From assembly GCA_964016885.1 (NCBI GenBank), contig OZ024759.1, positions 32,426,001-32,490,000 on the forward strand: a stretch of 64,000 nt of DNA. Reading direction: 5' to 3'. Position 1 is the stretch's first letter. Each line of letters opens with the position of its first letter. The notes under the pieces were generated by a model, which worked only from the letters and a program-made list of their open reading frames with translations, was not told the DNA's origin and did not search any database. Made by a program: the position numbers and the translations under genes. Shown piece by piece: positions 28,592 to 41,664 of the stretch. This DNA comes from Eledone cirrhosa. Its lineage: Eukaryota.

Positions 28592-29252
28592 CACAGATCA
28601 CAACATTTTGATGCAATTCTTCAGCCTGCTGCAAAGATGCAGACATCCATTCCATCTGGTCTCTGCCAATGGCACCATTGTATCCAACAATCATGGAACA
28701 GGAATAATCGAGATCTTCTGCGCTATTCGTGTCTTCATTTTGGTTAAATTTAATAAACATTTCCTTGGCCAATCTGTAATTTTTTCCCAACGTGTCGATA
28801 ACATTGAGGTTGTAACAATCAAGAATAAGGATCTTTAATGCCTTGTGTGGCACCAAAGAATAATATCCTTTACCTGGAACTTTCTCACAGCTGCTATTAA
28901 AAGAACCATTTAATGTGGAAGAATTTAGAAGTTCTTCATGAGGGAAATTATAGAATTCATGGTTACCCCAAATGTGATAGACATTTCTGGGAAATTTTGA
29001 GAATAATGTTTTTATACATTCTAATGCTGTGTCTCTCTGGCCATTTCGTCTGTTGTAGCCGTCCAAGAGGTCACCAAGTTGAAGGATAAATGACACTTCA
29101 TGAGCAGAATTCATCCAATGATTAATGGCGGTGTTTGTCTGTTCCAGGGAACCACGGAAGTATCGTTTGTGGAGTTTGTGATAGTCATAGCCATCTTCTT
29201 TGTCAGCATACTGTATATCAGTGATGAGGCCAAACGTCAGGATGGCAGCCAT
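28592..29252 (-). CDS. ADPRM: ADPRM, first coding exon (spliced CDS 966 nt, 321 aa)
   Basis: MAAILTFGLITDIQYADKEDG...LQLGDLLDG...WGNHEFYNF...YNGAIGRDQMEW carries the ADPRM hallmarks DxQYAD, GDxxDG and GNHE. Acceptor tttcag upstream of the ATG at 29261; donor G|GTAAG at 28592; phase 1 joins exon 2 in frame. Confidence 0.92.
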
Positions 29253-29354
29253 ATTGGATTCTGAAACCAGATAGATAAGTTGAAAAATAGATTGACAAGA
29301 AAGAATAGATTGTAAAATAAGAAAATATATAAAAAACATGGGAAAGGAAAGGGC

Positions 29355-29670
29355 AAGGCTGCTCAGCTGTTAATATGCATAAGGTAAGTATATACGTTCA
29401 ACAATCTGGCAGGAAGGTATGTTGCTGACGATAGCTAATAAGCTTGAAACTGGTACAGCGTTCCTTTGTCAGTGTTGAACAAACGAGCAACGATGGTTGC
29501 TAGACACTAAGGCTTAATACAGGATGCTTGTTTACAAACACACTGAGCATTATAATAAATGTTCGGTGAATCCATACGTACATATATATATGTGTGCATG
29601 TATGTATATATATATACATACTACTGTACGTCTGTATACATATATGTATGTACGTGTACATACTTATATA
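29355..29670 (+). mobile_element. Second copy of the 15.2-15.7-kb hammerhead-bearing repeat (motif 29420-29460)
   Basis: gttgCTGACGAtAGCTaataAGCTtGAAACtggTAcagcg, with flanking homology to 15335-15660. Confidence 0.7.
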
Positions 29671-30577
29671 TATATATATATATATATATTGAAAGCACAT
29701 GGAAAAATTTTCTATTATCAACTGTAGTCTACCCTATGCTAGATTTGACCTCAAAATATTAAAGTACAAAACTCTATACCACATATCACCTGTTACATGT
29801 AACACTAATTAACAACACTTTCTACTACTACTACCATCACCACCACCACACACACACACACACCATACACACACAAGGTGTCCCACAAAAAATCGATATC
29901 ATTTCCTAGTCTAATAACATCTCATGTGGTGTCAATTTTATTGGGACACTCTGTATATATATTATGTCGGGTCACTCTTGAGTGCTACTGGTAACATATA
30001 ACCCAGTACAACCTGTCGCATGGTCGGTTCATCGGCGACTAAACCGGCAACCCCACCAAGTTGGTGAGGTGGGTGATTTTGGACACCCTGCAAGACAAAA
30101 AACAAAACCTGACAAAGGGCAGAAGAACTCATAAGAGTCAACGGCCATCCAAAAGTGTGTAAATATGTATATACACAGTACATATGTATGTATATGTGTA
30201 TATACATGGGTGCATGTGTATGTATATGCGCGCGGACATAGAAATAGTCGGGCTGGACACCCGATCGTGCGGTTAAACCACTGGGAGTGAAGGACCCCTA
30301 GCCTTTGTCAGGGCATTCTCCTTATAGAAAGCAACTCAGGAAACTGGGATAACTCCGATATAAAACCTGCGGTTCAGTAGTGACCGATGGTGTTGATCTT
30401 TTCTTCTTTTCAGGTTATAGCTACTGTCGCTGAGAGAGTGGGATTGGCTCAGTGCACAGTCTTTCCTCACTTAAAAAAATATCTTCACGCACAGCCATTG
30501 CACGATAGAATTAATTGATAATTATTAATAATAGTATATCGTGCAATGGCCATACTCGATAACGAGGGGGCAGCCAT

Positions 30578-30619
<42 letters not shown>

Positions 30620-30900
30620 AGTAAGGTTGCTCGGATGCGTCCATAGGCGGTGTGCCGGTTAAGCACTCGACGGCCCGCGCAAACAGCATGATGGCAGATG
30701 ATAGGAATTCGAAGGGTCGTAGTCCAGCAGAAAGAGGATTTGCTTCGAAATCACTAGACGTATCTAAAGAACTTGCGAATCCAGAGTTAGGTTCGATCCA
30801 CAAACAGATCGTACCTCGAGCTGTTCGCCGCAGAAACAATTGTAATGCGTAATAAATCGTGTTCCGATGCATCACTGATTCTTCGTTTTCCATATTATAT

Positions 30901-30957
<57 letters not shown>

Positions 30958-31051
30958 CAGAGGAGGTGACGAATGGAGAGATGTTGTGCTGAATAGGACC
31001 CGTCCCACCCTTGCAAGCAAGGAAAAGCGGATGTAAAATGATGATGATGAT

Positions 31052-31090
<39 letters not shown>

Positions 31091-31710
31091 GGAGAGGGCC
31101 CTCCGCTGAGATTTTATCATTTGCGGTCAATTTATAGAACACTCCTTAGAATTTCTGTCGAAAATATTTATTTTTCCTCCTTTTTTCTCTCATTCTGACC
31201 CCCGAATATGCCGTTAGTTGAAAGTACACGGGGGAAAAAGGAGGAAAAATAATTATTCCCTATTGAAATTGCAAGAGGTGTCCTTCTAAAATAATATTCC
31301 TGTATCTAAACAAACATACATTAACAATGCACCTAAACATACATAGAGTATGTCCCCGTTCTGGGTTTTTCCCAGTCAGTATACCGCTAACACTTCTGGT
31401 TGTCACATGAAGCAGTCAAACCGAAACTTCAAAGTCATTGTCACTTTTGCCATTCAGAAAATAAAAAAAATTTACACTCTACCTACACGTATTGAGTACT
31501 TCTTTAGTCAGTGTTTCAATGTTTTAAGTATTATGACATTTTAAACACCCATTTTTATTATATATATACACAGGGTGTCCTAAAAGTGTATATACACAGG
31601 TTGTGCATTCTAATAAATATTGCCTGTACAAGTAATGAAAGTATGTATACAATTTTTGGGGACACCCAGTATATATATATGTATGGAGATTTCTTACGAA
31701 TGATATTCTT

Positions 31711-31783
<73 letters not shown>

Positions 31784-31989
31784 CACACACATCCGTAAGA
31801 ATATCATTCGTAATATATCCCCAGGAATCATTTCTTGGGAATGAAACAGTTCTAGTCCTGTAGAAGTCATTTCTCTAATAAAATGAATATAACTACGTTC
31901 TACTAACGTATTAAGTCCTTTCTTTAAGTGTGGTCACCTCCCGATATACATCGTGATTCTATGTATTATGTGTGTGTTTACATATATAT

Positions 31990-32147
31990 ATATTTAATAT
32001 AGAAATGGCTTCTACAAGACTAGAACTATTTCATTCGAAGGAAATCATCAGGAAAGTCATGTAGAAGCTATTTCTATATTAAATATTTATACTCTGCTAT
32101 GTATTGAGTACCTTACTCACTGTGGTTACCCCCCGATTGAAGCCGGG

Positions 32148-32150
<3 letters not shown>
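31990..32150 (-). mobile_element. Hairpin + tail element with a hammerhead-like core (minus); relatives at 31835-31885(+) and 55935-56105(-)
   Basis: Minus strand: ...ctacatgactttc-CTGATGA-t-TTC-cttc-GAA-t-GAAA-tagttctagtcttgtagaagc..., enclosed by a long stem. The plus-strand tail reads tactctgctatgtattgagtac. Confidence 0.55.
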
Positions 32151-32221
<71 letters not shown>

Positions 32222-32706
32222 TATATATACATACATATATATATTATATATATTATATATATATATATTTACATAATAAACAACACAATATAATTATTCC
32301 ATACATTATACGATATACATAGAGCAATCTTCCTTCTTTTACCTTTCCTACGGAAATATTTAACACACAGAGACACAGGCACACACCCACACACATATAT
32401 ATATATATATATTAAACATAGTTAATTAAATAGGTAACGAAGCATGTAACAGAGAGGTCAGCTTATATTACATCAGTTAACATTAAAGCCGTACTTACTT
32501 TACTAGGAACCAGTGGAGTTTACTGATCACCATTTGCCGATTGTTAAGGACAACAAAGCGTATTTTGATAAACTAATGATGGGTTTTATAGGTCGGCTTA
32601 CGAAAGTAAAAGCAACAACAGAAGTTTACACGCAGTGGACTGATGATTGATATATATATATATAGTTATATATATATTTATATAGTTATGTGTGTGTGTA
32701 TATATA

Positions 32707-32790
<84 letters not shown>

Positions 32791-32962
32791 ATATATATAT
32801 AGTTACGTAAGAGGGACTGACAGCGATCGATATATGTATGTATATATGTATGTATATATATGTAAATATATATATATATATATTGTGTGTGTATGTATGT
32901 ATCGGGAAGAGGGTCAGGACCCCGACGGCTGAGCTCCGGCCGCTTCGACAGCTAGATCCGAA

Positions 32963-33011
<49 letters not shown>

Positions 33012-33633
33012 TTTGTTGGTTCACCACTGGATTATATATATATATGGTTACGTAAGAGAGAGAGAGAGAACGTGAGAAAGGTACATAAAAGAGAAAGTAT
33101 GTGTGTTTGTGTGTCTACATAGTTTCAACCACAAGCCCCGGCACCACCGTCCCTAACACAAAAGAGTTGAAGATAATTATACATTGTATATTTACCAATC
33201 GCTTCCTTTTTGTGCCGGTTGCTATCGAACCTCCGGTGCGTTCGGCTCTCGTTTTCCGGAAAACCGTTTACCTCCGCCAAATCCAAATCGGGAAGGGAAC
33301 ATCACGCTCGCCCGAAGAAGGAACCCCGTGAAGTAGAATTGGCTGATGTAGCAGGTAACGCTGGCTGTTCTTCGCATCACTGATTTAGCCAATCTTGTCT
33401 TCGAGGCACAGCTGAGATGTACCGTCCAGTTAAAGGCATATAGTGTGTGTGTGTGTGTATATATATAGGAGTAGGTAGCTGTCATTCCCTGACGTTATCT
33501 CTAGGGATCCGGGAATCAGTAGACAGGACCTGGGGGCAGCGATGGGGGACAGGGAATTCTGGGGGATGAGAGTGAGATCCATCATCTCGACAGTAGTCGA
33601 CGAATGATGATGATGATGATGTGTGTGTGTGTT

Positions 33634-33890
33634 AAGGCACATGGCTTAGTGGTTAGAGCATTGGGCTTGCAATTGAGAGGTTGTGAGTTCGATTCTTGGA
33701 CCGAGTGATGCTTTGTGTCCTTGAGCAAGACACTTTATTTTACGTTGCTCCAGTTTACTCAGCTGTAGAAATGAGTTGCGATGTCACTGGTGCCAAGCTG
33801 TATCGGACAGAGCCTTTCCCTTGGACATCATTGGTGGCGTGGAGAGGGGAGACTGGTATCCATGGGCGACTGCTGGTCTTCCTCAAATAC
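33634..33890 (+). mobile_element. tRNA-derived SINE; partial copies at 24950-25085(-), 21590-21690(-) and 60440-60910
   Basis: A box tggcttagtggttagagc, B box gagttcgattc, then the conserved tgtgtccttgagcaagacactt domain. Confidence 0.8.
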
Positions 33891-34475
33891 ACGAGTGCTC
33901 GCGCTAATTATTATCATTATAATTAACGACAATAACAACACAAACAAAGAATGTTACATGAACAGATTATATTTAATAAAAACAACAACAACAACAATAA
34001 AACGAATACGAAAGTTGCGGCTACAAAACTGTTGTCTACATCTGAAATAATTGGTTAGAAACCAACTGTGTTGTTTCCACGCCAGCGGAACTTACAAGCT
34101 GAAATTTTGATTATATATTCTTTATATATACATATATATTTGTTAAATACACACACACACATACACATTTTATATATACACAGGAACATTCAATATTTGT
34201 TTATGTCTATCGATCCTGTATATTTTCTCGCGTTTTATAATTGTCAAAAGTCGGAGACGAACGAATGAAGGGTTTGTTGTTTCGGATGAGGTTTTTTCTT
34301 GCTATTTTTCAAAACAAACCAGTTTGAGGTAGAATTTGGCCAAGAAATCTTCTACTACTTTCTTTTTTCGAAATTATATTTTCATATTTAATAATAATAA
34401 TAATAATAATAGTTTTCTGCTCCATAAAAAAACAAACGTACAAACACACAAACAAATCAACCACTGTCTGTGATA

Positions 34476-35857
34476 ATGGAGGAAAACACAGAACGGTATA
34501 AAGACTTATCATCAAAGAGGCAGAAGAAGTCTTCTTGTGGTGACGGTGGGGATTTACCAAAAGAACGGGACCAGGTATTGCAAACTAATAATTGTTTCTA
34601 CTTTTAGTACATGTGTGTACTCGCATACAAGTCACACCTTCATTTTCCAAACATTTACAATAATGTGCTATACCCTTTGAATTGAGGTTTTCTGGGTTCA
34701 GATATGTTGCTTGTTGGGCGAAAATCGATTAAATTGATCCCCAGTGTGTTACTGATACTTTATTTTATCGATCCCGAAATGATGAAAGGCAAAGTTGCCC
34801 TCTAATGATGTTGTTGCTGTTATTTAGGCTCGGGTTGAACAGTGTTAACCTGTGGTCGGACCCCTAGCCTGTCAGATATTTCGGCCACACTCCACCAGAG
34901 GCGTAACTAGAGTATAGCAAGCATGGCATGTGGACTTTATGGGTATCTGAAAGATGGGTGTCAAATTTATGGGCAGGGACGCAATTTCTTTGCTTCTCAT
35001 AGGCGTTAATTTCCCTAGTTACGCCTCTGTTCCCCACCACAGCACTGGTCAACAATACAGTACAGTGAAGATATAAATTAGTTTAGCATTTTATATAGGG
35101 GGGGGGGGAGTCTTAACGTTTCAGGTATTAGTTCGTCATAAGAAGATAGAATGAAAGAAATAGAAAGATAGAGAAGATGAGGTTGAGAAATGGGTGTGTC
35201 TGTGTACGGATATCTGATCGAGTACATACACACATGCATACATACATACACACATGCATACATACATACATGCATACATACATACATACACACATGCATA
35301 CATACACACATGCATACATACATACACACATGCATACATACATACACACATGCATACATGCATGCATGCATGCATACATACATACATACATACATACATA
35401 CATACATACATACATACATACACACGCATACATACACACATGCATACATACATACATACATACATACATATACATATGATGGCTGCAACTCAATTTAGAG
35501 TAATGCTATCGTTTGAAACTTAAGCATGAGCATCAGCAACTTGGCTTTTTTGTCATGCTAGGGGCTTGCTTGTGGCCAGCCATGCCATGCATCGAAAAAA
35601 ATGTCACATATCAAGCGATGCCTGAGCTTGAAGCTTTTTTAAGTGAGGAAAGGCTTATATATATATCATCATCATCATCATCGTTTAACGTCCATCTTCC
35701 ACGCTGGACGTTAAACGATGATGATGATGATGATGATGATATATATATAAGCCTTTCCTCACTTAAAAAAGCTTCAAGCTCAGGCATCGCTTGATATGTG
35801 ACATTTTTTTCGATGCATGGCATGGCTGGCCACAAGCAAGCCCCTAGCATGACAAAA

Positions 35858-35888
<31 letters not shown>

Positions 35889-36249
35889 TATACCCTCACA
35901 CACTCACACACATGAGGGTTGACTGAAAGGTCGATAAGCTGACTATGAAAGAGTGATGCTAGAGCTGTGAAATCTTGCATGCATTAATTTCACCTCTTCT
36001 CATCAATAACTGCATTGTTTCTTTCCAGGGAGAATGTTAAAAGATTAAATCTCATTTGGTTATTCTATGAGAGGGTCGTGGTCAGCCTATGAACTTTTCA
36101 GCTGCCCCTCATATATATATATATATATATGCAGGATGTTCCCCAAAAACGTATACACACTTCAACATTATTCTAATGAATATTGCCTGTACAGGTAATC
36201 AAAGTGTGTATACATTTTTGGGGACACCCTGTATATATGTCTGTGTATG

Positions 36250-36283
<34 letters not shown>

Positions 36284-39200
36284 TTATACATACATACCAG
36301 GGGCTGTATAGAATACTCTAGAAATTCCATTCTCTATTACACCACACTCTCTCCATATCAACCACATTCCTACATTTTAATTAATTATCAACATGGAGAA
36401 GGATTTTCTGATTTTTTTCCATGATTATTGTTTTGTTTTACTTATTTAGGATGATGGTGTTTTACTTATTTAGGATGATGGCTCACTGGTTAGGGTTCGA
36501 TTCTTGAACATAATTTTTATGATAGAACTGGGGCCCTATCATTAAAACACCAAAGAAAACTCTTATGAGAGATGGCCACATAGGAGAACTGCTGAACCTT
36601 CTTCGGTATGAGTTGTGTCTGGTAGGACTGGGCTCTTATTAAAACATCTGAGGAACCTCCTTTGTGGTACAACCTTGTGAAAGGTCTGCTAAACTTGCAC
36701 ATTTCTAAGCTGTAACAACATGATAGGACTGGGGACCTGTCATTAATATAGCCAAGAAACCTCTTATGAAATGCAACCACATAGGATACCAATTAAACCT
36801 ACATAGGTGTGAGCTGTATCAACAACATGATAGGACTAGGGATTCTATCATTGAAATAAACAAAAAAAACCCTATGAGATACAACTTTGCAGGAGGCCAG
36901 CTAAACCTACATAGCAGTGAACTGCAACAACAATGTGACAGGACTGGGACCCTATCATTAAAATACCTAAATAACCTCTAATGAGATACAACTAAACCTA
37001 TTTAGGTGTGAGGTATAAATTTAATTTCATTTAAATTTTTTTTTTTATTTAGGGTGATGGAGCAGCTGAAGGAAACTCAACAAAAAAAGAAAATAAACCC
37101 TTCTCTGTGAAGATGGAACTTGATGTGGTCCAGATCCTCTTATTTATTGGTGCTTTAGCTACAAGAACTTGGCAGATAGGACTTCCTCGGGCTGTTGTGT
37201 GAGTACCGTCTCGTAACTCTTGTGTTTTCTATCTCTATCGATAAACTGAGATTGAGATTGACTGGTATTTAGACTGAATAAAGATTTTAGACATGATAAA
37301 CACACCCAGTACACTCTGTAAAGTGGTTGGTGATAGGAAAAGCATCTAGCCATAGAAAACTTTCCAAACAAAGGGTTTTGAGGACCTTTCAGTTGTGTCA
37401 AAAACATGACAATCTCCCTAGTGTTGGTGATTTACATGATAAACACACCCAGTACACTCTGTAAAGTGGTTGGTGATAGGTAAGGAATCCAGCTGTAGAA
37501 AACTTGGCAAATATTTTTTATCCATATTCCATATATTTCTAATAAAATCTTCTCCTTATTGTTGTAATTTCTCTTCATTTGTTTCTTCACTTTAGGTTTG
37601 ACGAACTCCATTTCGCTAAATTTGTTTCTTTGTATCTCCAAAATATATTTTTCTTTGACATTCACCCACCCCTGGGGAAGCTGTTATTAACATTGGCAGG
37701 TAAATATATGATTGAGTCTTTATTCCAAATATCCAAATATCTTTGACTGTTCAACACATTGTCTAAACTCACACCTCCCTTTTTTTTTTCTCCATCCCTC
37801 TGTCTATTTATCTGTCTATCTGTAATTAGCACAGTACTCCTGGCTTAGTGGTTAGGGTGTTGTGCTGGACTCGGGACCATAAGGTCCTGAGCTCAATTCT
37901 TCCTCTATATCTTCTTCTCACTCCCTCTTTCTGTATCTGGAAGAAACTGGCTGTATTCAGACCCGGAGAGGAAGTGGAATCTGCCAGGTTTAGAATATCC
38001 AAGACATTCTAAATGTCACTACGACCCCCCCCCCCCCACTACAACTCCATCTGGAATTAAAGGCTCCATGGCATGGCATGGCATTTGTGAATGTAGGCTT
38101 CATGTATAGTTATTTCTAATAAGTAATTCCTCCACATGTGATTTTTATTAAAGTTTTTATTAAAATCTCTATTTCCAGGGCATTACACAGGGTTTCAGGG
38201 TAACCTAAGTTTTGATCGGATCGGAACAGGTAAATATTGATTTTATACTTCACCCCACCCCCCTTCCTTAACACTTTAGTGTGAGATGGTCCTCATAACA
38301 GTTTAAGCTCCAGGTCCCCTAATCTTGGAGAAAACTCCTAAGTAACTTTGAGGTTGTTCTGGGGTGGGAAACCCACAAGTTGTAAAAGGGTCCCCATAAG
38401 AGGCTTACCACTAAGGGCTGGTGTTAGCATTAAAGTCAACTAGGGAGCCCTATTGTGTGTAGATATCAGGGGAGTACATTACTGAACTTTAAAGGATCAC
38501 AGTTTTATAAAGGGCTGGTGTTACCATTAAAGTCAACTAGGGAGCTCTGTTGTGTGTAGATATCAGGGGAGTACATTACTGAACTTTAAAGGATCACAGT
38601 TTTATAAAGGGCTGGTGTTACGATTAAGGTCAACTTAGATATTTTCTACTAAACCATTACAGGTTGTTTAAAATTAATATATTTCCTTCCCCAGCTAATG
38701 ATGTTGTTGTTGTTCTTCTATATGTCCAGAATATCCATCAGCGGTACCTGTCAGCCAGTTACGACTACTGCCAGCATTATTAGGAAGTCTTCTGGTTCCC
38801 CTTGTCTACCAAATTGGTGTTGAACTCCGCCTTTCTCGATGGGCAGCACTTTTAGCTGCCAGCTTTATTTTATTTGGTAAGCTACCTCTCCATCCTGTCT
38901 CCTCTGTTCTTCCCTCACCTTCTGTCTTCTGTCACCTTCTGACATCTGTCACCTGTTTGCTGTCACCTTCTGTCTTCTGACATCTGTCACCTGTTTTCTG
39001 TCACCTTCTATCTTCTGACATCTGTCACCTGTTTGCTGTCACCTTCTGTCTTCTGACATCTGTCACCTGTTTTCTGTCACCTTCTATCTTCTGACATCTG
39101 TCACCTGTTTGCTGTCACCTTCTGTCTTCTGACATCTGTCACCTGTTTGCTGTCACCTTCTGTCTTCTCCTAACTATAGCCTCTTAACCAAAATTTAAAA

Positions 39201-41138
39201 TATTGTGCCTTTATTAAAACACAAAGAATGTTCTTTATAAATCTTTAATTTTTCAAATAATGCCTAGTTTAACCCTTTCATTACCTTATTTTTAATGAAA
39301 AACTCTGCCTATAGTTTGCAACTAATATTTTAAATAAAAACAATATTTGGAGGGATTTAGTAAACGAGAAAATCTTTTCATTTCATCGCTAAGCTGGTTT
39401 TGGAACTTAACAAAGGTTCGTACATAAAATTATGAGGGAAGGTTTTTTGATAAAACAACAAAGGATCTTACATGAAATTATGGTGGAAGGTTTTTAGATA
39501 AATATAAACACTTTAAAACAAAGAACTTTGTATCATAAAGCCAAGGGTTGTTTCAGAAGGTTTGGTATCAAAAGTGTTAAAACCCAAGACTGTTCCTCAT
39601 TATTCCCTTATTTTTCAGACAATGCCATCCTTGTGCAGTCCCGTTTCATCTTAATGGAGGGCATGCTTCTTTTCTTCATAGCGTTGGCTCTTCTCTGTTT
39701 TCTAAAGTTCCACTATATGCCTGAACAGTGAGTTCTTATCCTCTTTTGTTTTCATTTGTTTTAGTCTTTTATTGGTTTCAGTCTTTAGACTGTGGCCACG
39801 CTGGTGCATTGCCTTGATTTAATTGATCATATCAGCCCCAGTACTTATTTTATCCATTTCTATTTATCTTTTAAAGATGTTATAGTATATAACAATAGTA
39901 GTAATGATAATAATTTCTAATTTTGGCACAATATATATATCACCTTGATCACCTTGACCAACCAGTCTGTCGAGCGTCCATTCAGCGCCACTGGTCACAG
40001 CACGCCATCCATTCCTCTCTGGATCGTGCTTTCCCCATTCATGTATTCCGAATCGTATTCTTAAAATCGTAACTCCACCCTCGTGGAGGCCTTCCGAGTG
40101 ATCGTTTCCGCTCGCGCGGGTACCACTCGGCAACTGCGCGGGCCCACCGATTATCGGTGAACCGGGCGACGTGTCCAGCCCATCTGAACTTGCTGCGCAT
40201 CTGGCGGGTCTCGCACAGCCCTAACACATGGCACCTGATCTTCTTCTTCTCCTCCATTAGGTGGTTCAGTCCTTGCCCCTCTGCCAAAGACCTGCAGTTG
40301 TAGGTGCATATGGCAAGGTTAGTCCTGTTCCTTGGCGGCCTTTGGGAACCTGTATATATATATATATATATAAATATATATACAAATGAATATATGATAG
40401 GGATAAACACTAATACAAGTATACAAGTGTTTGCATTGCAAATGACCAATGACCAATTCAAACACTTGTATACTTGTATCAGTGTTTATCCCTATCATAT
40501 ATTCATTTGTATTACACGGCTCAGAAATATCCCTTTCTTTGAGCTATTTAATTGTAAAAGACTATTTGAGTTTATAACTCTATATATAATATATATATAT
40601 ATATCATCATCATCATCATCATCGTTTAACGTCCGTGTTCCACGCTTGCATGGGTTTGGACGGGAATTTTCCCACTTGAGGCAAGATTGGTTGTCTTGCT
40701 CAGGACTGTCTGGCGGGTTTTCTACGGCTGGATGCCCTTCCTAACACCAACCACGTTTACAGTGTGGACTGGGAGGTTTTTACCGTGTTGCCTACACGGC
40801 CACATTACAGCGTGGACTGTGGGTTTTTTTTATCATGACACCTACACGACCTCATTTGTTTCGGACTGGATGTTGTGGTACCAACATAACTTTACATCAA
40901 AATATATATATATATCGAAATATAATATATATATATATATATGAAAAGAGTCAGGACCCCGACGGCTGAGCTCTGGCCGTTTTGACAGCTTGATCCAAAC
41001 TGTTCGGATCTAGCTGTTGAAACAGCCGGAGCTCAGCTGTCGGGGACCTGAATCTTTTCATATTACACACTCTACTACCCCAAGCATTGAGTACTCTGGT
41101 GAGTTATGGTCCACCTGGTTTTTACCACATCCTATCTG

Positions 41139-41181
<43 letters not shown>

Positions 41182-41633
41182 TGCGCACACACCAAGGCAG
41201 TGGCTTGGCAGTATCGGTAGAGCATCAAACAACATGCTTTGTGGCATAGTTTTACAGCCTTTAGAATAAAGTACCAGTAATGCACTGGGGTTGATTTAAT
41301 CGACTTTCCATTTCCTCCCATAAATTGCTGGCCTTGTGCCTAAATCAGAAATCATTATTATTGTTATTATTGTTATTATTATTATTATTAGTAGTAGTAG
41401 TAGTAGTAGGTGGGTGAATTCGAGGAGGAGAGGGGTGCCCCTCCCGGGTGCTCTCGAAGAGTCGGGTGGTTCAGGATTGGTGGTCACAAATTGGGGAATT
41501 TTCCTTGTATTTTTATTGTTATTTTGTTATTGTTACTTATATTGTTTACACGTCTATGTAACCTTCCCCCCCCCCACTGTCCCTGTTTTGTATTGTCCCC
41601 TATATGTCGGCCCTAGTGGCCAATAAATGAAAC

Positions 41634-41664
<31 letters not shown>

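Noticed and set aside
30620-30890. GC-richer island with short ORFs on both strands
   Set aside because: No identifiable protein motif or splice context; likely an unclassified repeat in (TA)n.
33634-33710. Possible tRNA gene
   Set aside because: The A/B boxes run into a SINE body with multiple dispersed copies, and there is no proper acceptor stem.
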